A DNA stretch of 64,000 nucleotides from Lama glama (taxonomy: Eukaryota), in the NCBI GenBank assembly GCA_028534125.1, contig CM052817.1, positions 60,142,001 to 60,206,000 on the forward strand. The letters are read 5' to 3'. Below are positions 1 through 13,807 of this stretch, in pieces (the first letter of the stretch is position 1; every line of letters begins with the position of its first letter). Made by a program: the position numbers and the translations under genes. Below the pieces are notes generated by a model. That model did not search any database. It was not told the origin of the DNA and saw nothing but the letters and a program-made list of their open reading frames with translations.

Positions 1-2278
1 AGTAGTATCTCTTCGTGTGAAATTCAAGGAAATAGTTCAAAGAAAAGTTTGAAAATCTGTTGCTCCTACTGTAACATTTTTATATTTGAAAAACAATAAA
101 AGTAATATTTTTGCTTTTCTTGGCACGCTGTTTCTCTAAATGAGTAATCTCTAAATAGATTACTTTTATTTGGTATAAGTCCTGAGATTCTGTTCTTCAT
201 AACTAGTCCAAATCGGACATGAACACTGAAGCCCCCAAACAACTGGTTTCTCAACTAATCCTGATTCCAAGGTCTGCTCTTATCAAGTAGAATTAGGATA
301 TGGACGGTTTATATGGGTTGACACATGGTCAGCTTGTAATCTTCCTACCAACTCCTTTCCTCATTAATCTAGGCTATACTTAATAATTGCTTTTCCCACA
401 TAATGCAACAAATTAATTGCAAAATTCTGATTCTGCTAGAACTGTCAGGTAAACTTTGCTGAATTAAAGCCAACTGAAATTTTCCTATCAGGAATGTACT
501 CACCTGTTTCTCAAAATAAATAAACCTGCACATTTTAAAATACTGCCAAACATATAACTATTTCAACAGGCACTATGTTTTTTTCAGAAATAATGATATA
601 GCTGATGACCTGTGTTATTTTTCCACAGCTATAGTCTCACATATGCAGAAGTAGAAGTTAGGAGCTCATGTGGTGAGTTATGTATGTCATTCAATTAGCA
701 TCTGATATTATTAGGTTGTTTTATTTCCAGATCATAGGATTCATACCCTATATTTAGAATGAAGATTTCTTTATAGGCACTTAAGTGTTAAATAACATTA
801 GTTTACAAAAAGTATAACATTCCAGATGCATTCTTTTTCTATGTAAACAGATGCAGCATTATAAGTAAGTTGCATTTGGATGCCTGATTTCCCAGAGATA
901 TTCTCTATGGCAGTGTAGGTCAAGTGAAATCGAAAGGTTATTGCCCAAAGGGAAACACTTGTAGTTCTCACTTCATTTTCATATCTTATCACTTACATAA
1001 TATGGTACTTAAACAAACAAACGAATATATAGATATATATAGTGCTTAAATTTTTTTCCTTCAGCAATTTTGACAACTGTGAGTATTAGGTTGTGGTAGT
1101 CACAATTATTTTATTATATTGTCTTCCCAAATTTTAGTAACATTTCTAAATTATGTCTCAATACATTTTAAGGAAATACATAACAATATCATCTTTAATT
1201 TTATTTTCCTTTATCTTCTTTCTGTTATACAAGCTAAGGACAGTAAAGAAAAAGCCAAAGTGCAAATAAGCAGGGCTGCAGTAAATTGAATAAAGGTCTT
1301 TAGCTGACAATGATGAGATTCTTCTGGAGAAGTTGCCAAATTGCAATGTTTGCAACTTTACAAAAACTCTTAGGAAAAACCTAGGGGTAATCTCACTAAA
1401 TACCATCGTTGGGTTTTTAAGAAGGCTGTATCATGTTATGCTTGTGAACTCATTATAGTAATGTAGTCCAGACTTTCTCTAGGGATCATTAATAATGTGC
1501 TTTATAGGCTTGGCCCTACTGGACAAAAGTTCTAACTTTGCTTGCCCGCAGATTATTTGTTTTACCTAAAAGCACTTGAGGTACTTGAGACCATAAAAGA
1601 TCTGAGGTATATAGTAACAACAGAGAAGAAGTGGCACACCTGAAACACTCCTGGTCGAATACAAGGGTCCAAAATCCAGGAAGTAGCTTTTTACATAATA
1701 CAGTGGTTACTTACATCATTCATAGTAATAAATGATATTTGCTGGATGCTAATCTCAAATAGTTTAGTTCTTTATAATGAAATTTCTCATGCTTAAATGA
1801 GAGAGTTTATTTACTTACATTGAGTCATAATTTAGAAATGTTACTAAAATTTGGAAAGACAATATAATAAAACTCATTAGGTTGTGACTACCACTCAGTA
1901 ATCTAGATCAATCATCTTATAGAAAAAAAAACCATGTGGACAGGTGCTGAGAAGTAGTATCTTCTGTGTTGTGCCAGAGGAGCCAACTAGAAGCAAGTGT
2001 GATCTGCAGACAAAGGGCAAACTGAAGCCAAGGCCTGGAGTCAAAAAACTACATTTGACAGCAACATCAGGTCTCGGGGCAGTGAGCGATCTGGTAGAGG
2101 GAGACATTTAGGGCATATATGTTAGGAAAAGTGAAGCTATAGATAAGAAAGCAGAACTTGTAGGGATTAAAAACAAGTCAGGAAGCTGAGTATGACATCA
2201 GATAAAGCAAAGATTCATAAAGCCAGCCATCAGCTTCACGCATCTATCCACCTTGGTTAGCAGTTACATAGATTAGAG

Positions 2279-3708
2279 AAGCCTTTTTCAAACTTTTTGG
2301 AATCAGGAACGCTTTGCATTAATATAATTAGTAGAGGGCCCCACAAAGCTTTTGTGTGAATGGGTTATATCTATTCATGTCTGCTGTATCAGAAAATTAA
2401 ACTTACAAAATACTAAAATAGTTATTCATTTAAAATCATATTATTAAAAAACAAATATGTTGCATCTTAACATAAATAACATTTGTAGTGAAAACAATTA
2501 GTTTTCAAAACAAAAACAATTTCATGAGATGATACTGCTTTACATTTGTACAAGTCTATTTTATGTCCGTTTGAAGATTCTACATTCAATCCATTTCAAT
2601 TTTTTTTTTCTGTTGAAGTATGAGGAAAATCTAGCCCCACACAGAGGTGTAACTGGAAAAGGGAGTAGTATTTCAGTAGCCTTTCCAGATAATTGTGGAT
2701 ATATTTCTTTGATACTACACCATGCTTAACAAATGGGAATTTCTCAAATACTTGTTGCAATATGAAATCTTGAAATTGTATCAATGGACTTTTTTCTCTG
2801 CTAAATTATAATCCATATTGTGCTATTTATCCACGAATGAATTCATTATTTGGAAAATACACTGAATTATACGGATTTCCCAAATGTTGATATATTTCAT
2901 TATATAATATCAAAACATCACATTCATTAATATTACCACTGCTTTTCATCAAAAAACTATATAAGTATTAAGACCCTATCAAGTTTAGCGTGGCAGGAAC
3001 AAATTTTTCAAAGTTTTAATTTTGCTTTGAAATTCTTAATTTTATTTAAGTTAACAAGTAATAAGGTTTATTTTCCTTGAAATGACAAGCTCATGTCATT
3101 CATTTTTGAGAAACTGTTTGTCAGATACCGAAATGTGAGTTACCAGTATTTTTCTGTCAGTCATTTTTCCAAATAAAGATGATGCTTGATGAAAGGACCT
3201 GACTAGTTCGGCTTGTATCTCAAACAGTTGTACAGAGGCTTTATGCAAACTTCTCATTTTGTCATATAAGACATTAAAAAGGTCCTCAAGAATTAAGATT
3301 CAATAACATTTGTATTTTTTTAACTGCCTTATCAAGGACATTCTTAAGTGAGACTGGATTGCACATTTGTTTGCTCATTCACATTTACCCTATATCTGTC
3401 TGTCTGTCTATCTATAATCTACCTATCTAGTTATTAACAGTGAATTTTTGGATATTCACTGCTAGTAAGTAGATAGATAGATTGCCACTAACTAGTGCAG
3501 TCCAGTGTCACTGACTTACTAATTAAGTCTGAGATACCAACAGTTTTACCCATCATTGCTTTAACGGCATCACTGCAAATGTCATTACAATGAAAAAAGG
3601 AAAATAATGTCTCTGATAATATTATGAAAATAGTTTTGATTTCAGGGAACTCTGTAAAAAGGTCGTGGGGACTTCCAGGGACCTCATACCAAACTTTGAA
3701 AACCACTG
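2279..3708 (-). mobile_element. hAT-Charlie DNA transposon, Charlie1a-like, apparently full length (about 1.43 kb)
   Basis: The right end reads cagtggttttcaaagtttgg... on the minus strand, and a degenerate TIR aagcctttttcaaac lies at 2279. The 8-bp flanks gattagag (2271-2278) and gtttagag (3709-3716) match at 7/8. The minus ORF 3488-3706 contains DICSDAVKAMMGKT, resembling the Charlie transposase ICTDGAKAMVGKT motif. Confidence 0.9.
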
Positions 3709-5364
3709 GTTTAGAGGCAGTCTGATTGTTTTTAAAAATGCCATGTCTTGAATACCTTCTTATTCTCTGAATTTTTTGTTTATGTGGTGGGGGGAGCCGT
3801 GCTTTTCTTGCTCATTAGACAATCCCTCTTTGTAAACGTGACATGAAGGTAGAAATTTTTTTTCTTCTTTCCACCACTTTTGGAGATGTAGACAAAACTT
3901 GGTAAATATATTGCCTGGCTCTCCACCCACTGCTTCTCCTCCCTGTCTTGTCTTCCCACCTCCTTTTTATAACCCCTGTCAGTTCAATGAATATCAAGTT
4001 CACACTGGCAGTAGTCACCTAAATGAACGAGAACTTTGTTGTTGTAGGTGTCTGTTTTTCTTTAAAGTTAATCCTTTGACTGTTATCCTGGCTCTCTTTA
4101 CATTTTCCAAACAAACTTGCTTTATCCTTCAGTTTTCATGCTATATTTGGATAACATATATAGGCTTCACTCTAGTGTGTAGGAATTTAAGGAATGAATT
4201 TTTACTTTATTAATTTGCTGCATAGTTACAACATTGTACAACATTTAAAATATCTAGATACCACCTTTTCATTTTCTTGCATTATTATCCTGCCTTTTTG
4301 TCATCTGCCAATCCATGGCCATTTTAGGGAATAAAATGTTTTGCTAAATATATGTAAACTCTTACTACTTGTTTCAGAGCTGAGACTTTAGCCATTATAA
4401 GGATCTCAAATAGACAGACTCTTCCTTTTCTACTGATGCTTATTATGCTGCTTCCCTTGGAGCCTTGCTTAAATTTTTGTGTAGACACAACCAGGTCAAA
4501 CGCTGCAAAATCTCAACCTCCAGCACTTCTGCTTCCGGCATTTCCCCATGGCTCAGTCATTCACACGTACTCGTAAAATGGCAGGTCTCTGCTGCAGTTT
4601 TCTCCTGGGTCAGTTCTCCATGCACAATCCCAGAGCTGCTACATGATTTAGGGAACATCTTCCTGTTTATCATTGTCCATCCATTCTTTCTCCTTTCCTT
4701 TCTAATCCTCCTAGGCTGAATTTGTACATTTGTAAAATCAAACTGCATTACTTAAAAATATTTAATTCCCTGTTTTCAGTAACATAAAGTGATGCCTTCT
4801 ACTTCAGATCTCTGTGATTTTAAGTGTAACTGTGTTCTTCTAAACATAGCTGTAGTGAGGAGTTTTTTCATATGAACTTTATAAAATATATCCCATCTCC
4901 TATTTAGCCCATTGTCAGAAATAGAGTCATTGTCCAGAAATGGCTGTTTTATGGAATGGAATAAAATAAAATACTCTGTTTTATGACATAGGGCCGTTAA
5001 ATGGTAAATGAAAGAACAGTGTTTCAATTAGTTGATCTTTTGAAATTAAAATACACGAATTCATTTATAAAAATTAATTAGTGATTTCTACCTTTTGGAT
5101 ACTATTTGCTTCATATGCATTAGTGCATTCAGTGTATGTTTGACAACTATATGTCTTTAGGGAAGATCTTTTTTCCTTTGTATCAGTGGTCAAAGAATAA
5201 GGTAAATAAAACAAAGCTCATCACTTCTTATTTAACTTACTACATTTTGCTGTTGCTTGTCTTCTTGAAGTAATTCATATCTGTGTTGTTTCTGAATGGT
5301 GGACATTATGATGTGCTACTGCTCATCTCTTCCCATTTCTGCATGTTTTCATTAATAACATAAA

Positions 5365-5488
5365 TAGCTTGAGATCAGCCTCGGTGGAAGTATTTACACC
5401 ACAGAAATGAACAGACAACTTCAAATCAGGATTGTTTTTTTTTCCCATCAAGGAGAGTGAGTGTTAAATATTTGCCAGCACATAACTG
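5365..5488. mobile_element. MER63-like (hAT-Blackjack) fragment
   Basis: gtatttacaccacagaaat...aaatcagg...tgttaaatatttgccagcacataactg resembles the MER63 terminus as I recall it. Confidence 0.7.
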
Positions 5489-6013
5489 GTTTTAGGCCTG
5501 ACTTAATCTACAGACATAAATTAGGCTGTCAGTTCTCTCTTCTCTCCCTTCCTATTCCTTTCTCCTGCTACCCCTTCTTGACTTGCTTCCTCTACACACC
5601 TCTCTCTCTCTTTCCATCCTTTCTTATCTCACTCCGTTTATTGCGTCTATTCCCGATGTATGTGTGGAATTTATTTCCTCCTACTAAAGACAGGCTTTCT
5701 TCATGTGGCAAGAGAAATGGAAACAATGAACGATCATCCTTAGAGTTCCATTATCCCAAAAGTAAAGCTCCTTCTCCAACTCCTTTTTGCAAAATACATA
5801 TCAGAATATTTGGAGTAGACTGTTATAAACCATATATCCACACCTGGAAAATTCCTTTAGCAAAGTTAAGGAGTAACTATGGTGATTTATTTGCATCATT
5901 ATCACCTTAGAGTTTAATTTAATGAAGAAGAGGGCTACTGGGATTTGGACTCACAATGGAATCCTTCAATTTGGAGATATAGGATAGGTCCACAAAAGAA
6001 GTATTAGAGTATT

Positions 6014-6037
6014 AGGTAGGTAGGTAGGTAGGTAGGC

Positions 6038-6083
<46 letters not shown>
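6014..6083 (+). repeat. Compound (GGTA)n(GATA)n microsatellite
   Basis: Directly visible tetranucleotide arrays. Confidence 0.97.
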
Positions 6084-6319
6084 TCCCATTATGTTAGAAA
6101 TAGGGTACATACTGCTTGACTTTCATAATTATGAATCCTTAATTGGGGGTTCTCATTCTGTTTCTTTTTATTTGCTATACTTCCTCATTAAAATAATAAA
6201 TAGATATAGATAGATAAATAAAATTAGCTCCCCAGCAGACATTGTCATCCAGTTGTTTTATCCATGCTTAACCCAACAGGAATATGAGGAGAAATGGGAT
6301 TTAATTTATAATAGTGTTT

Positions 6320-6400
6320 TAAACCTTAAAAGATCGATGCATATAAAGTATTTAGTTCAGTGCCTAGTAATAGTTGTCAATAAATGTCGGCCATTGCAGT
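6320..6400 (+). mobile_element. MIR 3' fragment
   Basis: gcatataaagtatttagttcagtgcctag...tcaataaatgtcggccatt resembles the MIR 3' end. Confidence 0.6.
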
Positions 6401-7519
6401 TGTTATCATCAGTACTGTTTATTCATTTGAAAGAATGGGATACATGGAGGCTATATTCATATTTTGTTAAATGCATACATATACCTATTTATGTATATAT
6501 ACACATATGCATATATAAATATGGAGTTATATGTTTGTGGATGCATATGATTTTATCTCAAATGAAGAAATCTGGATGGCTTTAAGGTTATGTGTAGGAA
6601 TTATTGATTTTGGTAAACCTTTACTTTTTGTGTTTCACCCTTTTTGAACATTATAATGAGTTTGGTTTCTTTTGGTGTAGAAATACACATACCTACTTTT
6701 TGGAAAAGAAATTATTTCATATGCTTAAGTAATCTGTTTTGAAGTATCTCTATTTTACTATAGTTAAAATATGTAAAGTATTAGTTGTACCATAAAAATA
6801 TTAATCATAGACACAGACACAGTTATACTTTTCTAGTTTAAATAGTATTGAAAGCTAAACAATTTCTTTCAAATGTTTGCCAAACTTTAAACCTGAATTT
6901 GTTTTGTTGTATCATCACAACTCCTTATAAAAATACCCCATATTGGTCTTGTTGGAAAATTGATTATTGTTTCCAAAAGAATCCTCAGTGCTTCAGTTTA
7001 GTAGAGGGGTAGAGTCATGGGAACAATGTGCTGGCATGACCAGACCACTGGGAGCTGAAGAACTAGTAGGCAGGTATTTTCTCTGTTGTTCCCTGAGGCT
7101 ACATAATCTCTTCATTGAGATTTGACTGTTTAAATAGTCTTCTCTCATAGCTTCACTTTGAAATGGATTTAGTCTTTTATGGTGGTAATGGAATATGAAT
7201 TAGAGCTCAGTTAAAATGGCTTTAACCATTTAACTCTGCTATCTATGACTTTGATCATCTGATGGATTGGCTTGTTGAGATGCATATTTTCAGAGCAGGG
7301 CATGTGTTTAAAACAGTTACTGTTAGAATGCACTTTAAGAAGTGGGCATACACAGAGCAGGTAAGAAGACTAAAAGAAAATGTAAACACAAGTCTGATGG
7401 TGCTTTATATAGGGATATATGAGTAAAAAGTTAGTTCTCCCCAAAACAGAATCAAAAGCACAAGGAAAATGAGAAAAAAAAATCAGTTTAAATGCCATCA
7501 AATATCAAATTATCTAGCT

Positions 7520-7898
7520 CTCTCCCCCCAGATTTTGTATCTTGAAATCCCTAATACTCAGTACTTCAGAGCATGGTTTGTTTGGAAATAGGGCCTTTAA
7601 AGAGGCAATTATGCTTAAATGAAGCCATTATAGTGGGCCCTAATCCAGTTTGACCTATCATCCTTATAAACTGAGGAAATTTGGACACACAGATATCAGA
7701 AGTGTGTGTAAGCTGAAGAAAGATTATTTGAGGACTCATCAGGAAAGTGGCCACCTGCGAGCCAAGGAGAGTGGCCTTAGAAGACACCCAACATGCTGAT
7801 ACCATGCCCAGCCCCTAGAATTGTGAGAAATTAATTTCTGTTGTTTAAGTCGCCCAGTATGGTACTCTGTTACAGCAGCCGTAGCTAAAGCTAATACA
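7520..7898 (+). mobile_element. MaLR solo LTR, MLT1B-like
   Basis: Contains tttggaaatagggcctttaaagaggcaatt, gtgggccctaatccag, gagccaaggagagtggcc and gtgagaaattaatttctgttgtttaagtcgccca, and ends with ctaataca. Confidence 0.9.
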
Positions 7899-10800
7899 CT
7901 GGCTTTAGCTTTCCAGGGTGGAGAATTACAAGAATCTATGTACCGCGGGTACTTGATTGAAACTGAGTGATAAAACCATATGAAGAGGGACAGGAGGTGT
8001 TTCTAATTTTGTACTAGGATGTGATACCAAGCTTGAAAAAATTTGAGTACTGCAATTTGCTTGTAAAATGGCAGACATCAGCAGATACCTGTTTCCTTAG
8101 TACCTGCCTTCTTCGCATGGACCGTTTCTTCCTAAACTGGTAGATGTGGAGTCCACTCTCTGAGAGGGCTTGCGTAGCAGTTGGAGCAGCATTCTGCCTG
8201 TGGTGTACTCTGTTTCCAAAGAAGAAAGTTTGAGACCATGTGGTGAGGGAGTGGGGCTTTGAGGGAGAAGGGGCAAATGTCAACAGGTGATAGAGGGTGT
8301 GCCTTGGCTAAAATGTGGAAAATACAGGTCCTGGAACAAAATAATTAATTGCAATAAATAATTATGGCTTTTCATGTGTCTGATAGTATTCTGTTTACTT
8401 TTCACATTTTCAGCTTCTAGTCATTTCTACCTCTCTCATTTGCTTACCCCTTCAGCTTCACCATTCTCTACCTTATAACATCTACAGTTTCCTATAGTTT
8501 AATAAGCAATCTCCATTTCAGTCTAAAATTGACTCCTATTTTCTATGATATCACCAAGCCATTATAGTCTCTACCCTACCTTTTTCTCTATTTCACTGTA
8601 TATAATTGGCTTCTAACATGAGATCAGATGATCTTTTCAATATAGTAGAGAACAAAGACTTTGAAATAGCTATTTACTTAATAGTCATCCTTCACAATAA
8701 TTTATATTTTTTTTCTGGATTCGTGGTTATGTTGTTTTAATGATAGAAATTTCCAGAAATCTATTTGTCACATGTAAATTTAACTGCAAAAAGTAAAATA
8801 AAACAAAGCAAATTAAACAAGGATTGTAGTAATTTTTATATATTTCTACTTGAAAAAAGGAAATTAATCATATTATATGCCAAGTCTTAAATCTTATAGA
8901 AACAGTTATATTTATGTTTCTTAGAACATTTTGTGCTTTTCAGAAATACGTTGTTTAAGCTTCTAATATTCAAACTGCAAGGTCACTATAGACAGTGAAA
9001 CTATTGAAAGATCTGTAAAGTTTATGAGCAATAAGAGATCATTTTTCTAGTAATCTATATTTACTTGATGCGTTTTTTAGATAGTTAACAATATGTAATT
9101 ATTTGAATAAATCCATATAATACACATTGGTGCTATTTATATATATATCAAAAGAAAAACTTTTAATAACTTATTAAGTACTCTGAAATGGTTATTCACC
9201 TGAACAAATATTATTACAGTAATAAATACATAAAGCAATAAAGATATTATTAAAGAAATAAATATGCTTTATTTCAGAAATGTTATTATTTGTAAAACTT
9301 TTTATTTGTAACATACTTACTTCTTGGTGATAGTTGGGTATTTTTCACAAATTATAGTAACTAATTTTGGTTTGTTAGCAAACACATTATTCATTGATAT
9401 CTTTATGGCTTTATTTGTAATGTTTATACATAAACTTGCAAGGTTCCAGACGTTAATTGTCAGTGTTTAATAAACCCAGATTGTACCTATAGTATCTTGT
9501 TCATCCCCTGCCTATGTATTTCAGTATTTTTGCACTGAGTGAGCTAGCCGCTTGTGGAAAGTGTTAAGAAAAGTGAATCTAAATTCTCAAATGATACTAA
9601 CAGGTTAGTTATTTTATTACAGTATAGCAAAGTGTTGCAGATGTCAGTGACCAGTTGAAAAGACTGAAATGTGGAGTTGTTGAGTTAAGACCCATACTAA
9701 CCCAAGAGCAAATTACTTCCTTCCTATCCCAGATAACTGAGATGTGTTCGAAATACCATTGGAGCTATTGGTTTCTGAAGTTTCAGAGACTTGAAAGACT
9801 GAATTGTCTTTTGAAAATTCTTCTTGCACTGGTTTTGTTTTAGGCACCAGTAGGAAAACATTACAGATATTTCATCTATGACTATTTATTTGCTACAGGT
9901 ATGTGCCTATATATACACATGAAAGTCAAAAGATGGGAGAGGAGAGGCAGATTGCATGATACTTTAATAATAGTTTGACTTTTAATAAATGTCATTGACA
10001 TATTTTAAATTTGCAGAAAATTCAACTGTTGCTGCAATAACAAATATCCTTAATGGCATCATATCAGGTTTCATGATCTTTTAGTGTGATGAGATAGTAA
10101 CTGATATGTATACCAATAAATTACTAGAAGACTAAAATATTAGCAAACCAGCCAAAATAGTCTACATATAAATTCAACAGTTCAAAACACTTGCTTTTGA
10201 GAATGTATGATGTTTTTCTCAAAATTGTTGGTGAATAAATAAATATAATCTAGTAATTTATCCATTACTATTTCACCAGGAAAAAATTTCTAATAAACAA
10301 TTTGAAGGAATGAGGTAAAGATAAAGGTGACTCATCCAAAATTCATAGTAGACCAGTGAGAGGGCTCAGTATATTTTATCAGTTATTCAATTCTTATTTA
10401 GTGTTTCAGAATTATTTAGAATAGTATGTCTGGTCTGAAGTTTAATAACATATGCCACAATTTTAAATAGCTTTTCCTTCTATATAATCATATATTATTT
10501 AAGAATCTAAAAATGTGATTGTCATAATTATTCAGGTAATGTTTAATATGCAGTAAGTGTACCTCAAACATTAATAAATCTACATTTTAGTCGATGAAAG
10601 AAAATTTGTGTTCCATAGCACTTAAAATATTTGTCCAAACTCTCTAGTGAATCAGTAGAATAAGTAGAACTAGGGCCAAGTTCATAATTGCATGCTTTCC
10701 ATCTAAGGTCATGGGAGCACATAAAATTGCCTGATGAGTAACTGTTAAGGTGAGGCCACTGTGAAGTCTGAAGTTCCCATCTACAGAGAATAGTGTGTGG

Positions 10801-11567
10801 AAAAATGCATAGACTTTCTAATGGTCAATTTTAAGGAATAGACTACAAAATGAATATTTTCTTTGCAAAAGAATTCAGAAGGTTTTCTGAGGTCACCTAC
10901 AAATTTTTGAAAATAATCAATTCCTAAAGATATGGAGTCCTTTTGTGTAAGAATTTATAAAAGGTGGTGATTATTTAAGGCAGATCTGTGTGGATGGGGA
11001 AGATCCAGGCTTTCAGTCACATCCTTAAGTTGCATGAAAAATATTACTAAAATATTCAGTGGAAACACTATGATAAACAAATTACAGACTAAATGTTGAG
11101 TAAGAGACGAAGAGTTGTGGTGTGTATATCTGTGTATGTGTCTGCCATTAAGGCAGGATGGAGATATGTAAGAAAGAGATTTACCTATAAAAAATCACAT
11201 TGAATGAGTTACTCGTCTGTATCAAGAATATGAATTTGGTCCATGACAATTGGACATAAGAAATATCCTGTTTTGTTTTCATAAACAGATAAATCTAGCT
11301 GTAATTCTACTTGCCACAAGTTGTTAGAAACTCCATCTTATGGGCACATATGAGTTCTTTCCCTCTCCCCAGGATACACAAGATTCTGGGAAGGGGTTTA
11401 TATGGTTACTGGAGGGGAATTTTTAGTCTGTCGTGATCATTGATGAGATGTGCCTTGTCTAACCTCCGTTGGTCTTTTGAGGGTGGTAAACTCCTTTCAT
11501 TCAGTGCTGAATATGGCCTTAGGAACTTTCCTGAAGTCACACCATTAGTGTCCTCCTATTCCTTTTT

Positions 11568-11590
11568 CACACACACACACACACACACAC
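11568..11590 (+). repeat. (CA)n microsatellite
   Basis: Directly visible. Confidence 0.95.
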
Positions 11591-12779
11591 TCTAATCATC
11601 CATAAACCAAGAGGCCCTATCTCTTGACTAGTTCTGCTTTCACTGGTGTAGTTTCCAGTCCCCTGTTGAAATGTCCACTACTGTTCATCTCCATGCATTC
11701 TTACTCAGTATTGAATTAGCATGTTTATCTGTCCTTGGGTGGCTCTAGTTCTACCTAGTCCACTTACAGCAACCTTCCATAATCACCCTATCTATCCACA
11801 GAAACCTGCACAGTAATACTTTAGTAGTAGTTTACCATACTGTGGATCATATAGAATATGACTGTCTTTGCCATACATTGGGGGCTATTTTCCACTCTTC
11901 CTGCCCACCCTAAAGCTGAGAGGGTCCACATCTTTGTACTCCTACATACTATTCTAAGCACACACTCAGCATCCTGCTTTCTTCTAGATTCTATTGGCTA
12001 TCTTTGGAATAGCAACACAGGAGCTGTGAATGATAAAGTCTTGACTCAGAATACACTCAGAATACAAGACTTTGTTGGTTTGAACTCAAGTGAGAAAAAA
12101 TCCTTTTACTCATTATCCCAGTAGTGAACATGAAGTCCACATTTTTATTTCAGTTAATTAATATCCTATGTTAGTAATGTTTGGTCAGTAGAATTTTTGT
12201 ATAGTATATATTTGTATTTACAACCTTAGTTGGACCCTCAACACTACTTGAGAGTCTTTTTTACTAATTTCTTAAAAATCTCTAAGTTCTTGAGTAGTTG
12301 CAGCAAAACTTCTGTCATTTTTCTCAAGTCTTACCTTAATTTATGCTAATCTCAGCAGACTCTTACTATCTCCGAAATTTTCTATTTTACAAGAGATTCT
12401 TTATCTTTAATTTTTTTCCCCTCAGCTAGTAAATACATGCTCTAGTCAGTTCAAGTCTTTCCACTCCATCTGTGCCTCTATTCCCTTCCAGCCTCCTCCA
12501 GAAGTCTGAATCATTAATAATCTTTCTGTATCTCCCTCCACACTAGCTCCTTTCCCTAGATGTGCTGAACTGTCTTTCACCCTTGAAATACAACAACTAA
12601 ATTCTGGTGTGTGTTTTAGGGGAATGTGGTGGGAAGACTTTTCCTTCAAATCAAAATTACACGTCTGAATCCATTCATTTCAGTTGTCTTAAAATATCAG
12701 TGTCTCCACTTTTACCCATTTCTGCTTCGTCTCTTACTTCTGAAGATCTTTGATAAGATTTCTTTATCATCAAATGTAA

Positions 12780-13220
12780 TGACCTTTCTTCAACCCCTAT
12801 CCTGACTAATCGCAGATGTCATCTGCTCCCTCCTTGAAGGTTCCCTCTTCCCTACATTTCTGTCACACTACTCCCCTTGCTCCTCACAGCAAACTCTGCA
12901 GCAAACACACTGTAATAGTTTGAAGAGTCATGTTTTTTCACACCTCTTTACCTCTGCGCATACTCTTCCTTCTGCTTATAACTTTCATTCTCTCATTTTA
13001 TGCCTGGTGAATTCTTACCCCATTAAAGTTTTAGCTTCATTGTTGGTTCTTTTCTGAACCTCCCTTTTGCCTTCCCGTCATGAACCCATCAAGAAGAATC
13101 AATCATTCTGTTCTGCTGTAAATACTTTGCACTTTATTATGTCACTGTTTACATTTTATTAAAATGTATTTGCTTGGTCTCCTCTACCAGAATGTTAACT
13201 CCTTAGGGGGAGGGACAAAT
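12780..13220 (+). mobile_element. L2 LINE fragments
   Basis: Pyrimidine-rich L2-like segments ending in ctaccagaatgttaactccttagggggagggac. Confidence 0.55.
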
Positions 13221-13229
13221 CCTTAACTT

Positions 13230-13380
13230 ATAGCAGAGACTTTAGAATCACACAGACCATGGTTAAAACTTTGTTCATTTTTAGCTGAGTAATCTTGGAC
13301 AAATTCTTTAATCTCACTAACTTTAGACTCCTAACCTGTAAAATCACTCTCACAAAGTATTGTTAAGAATTAAATGATTT
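13230..13380 (+). mobile_element. MIR
   Basis: gactttagaatcacacagacc...agctgagtaatcttggacaaattctttaatctc...ctgtaaaat...ttgttaagaattaaatga follows the MIR core. Confidence 0.7.
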
Positions 13381-13807
13381 TAATATTCAGGAAGTGAAAA
13401 GTGAAGTTTCAAAGGAATTTCAAATAAATGAATCATTAAGGGAATGAAACTCTGATTAACATAGCTGTGGATCCACAATAAACCCTTGATAAATTTCTGT
13501 TGAATAGATAGATAAGAGCTATTTCCTTTGTTTGAAAATTATTTACCTCCATCTTCTATATTTACTTTCTCCAATAATAGGAAATTCAAATCCCTCCTTT
13601 CACTCTGTTAACATAATGTTTACTTATAATTTATTCATTCATGTTATTACTTTCTATCATGCGTATTTGGCATCATTGCTATCACCAATTTTTTAACTCT
13701 ATGAAATAAATGACATAACATGACTTCCTTTTCTTTTTAAGGAGAGACTACCCTGACACATAGTAGCAACATAAAAAAAAATTTATGTATTTCAGTTGTA
13801 GCATGTC

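Noticed and set aside
4465..4748. Overlapping ORFs in a GC-richer patch, sharing the 12-mer gtaaaatggcag with about 8063-8074
   Set aside because: No convincing splice-site pair or homology, and a single 12-mer match is expected by chance.
5461..5910. Longest ORF in the track (149 aa)
   Set aside because: It has a non-ATG start inside a MER63-like fragment, runs through a CT-rich low-complexity tract, and has no recognisable domain.
7883..7910. Inverted repeat agctaaagc...gctttagct at the MLT1B end
   Set aside because: A 9-bp stem is too short to distinguish from chance.
8104..8209. Possible 106-nt minus-strand exon within ORF 8014-8283
   Set aside because: The donor (gtacta) is weak and neither open frame gives a peptide I recognise.
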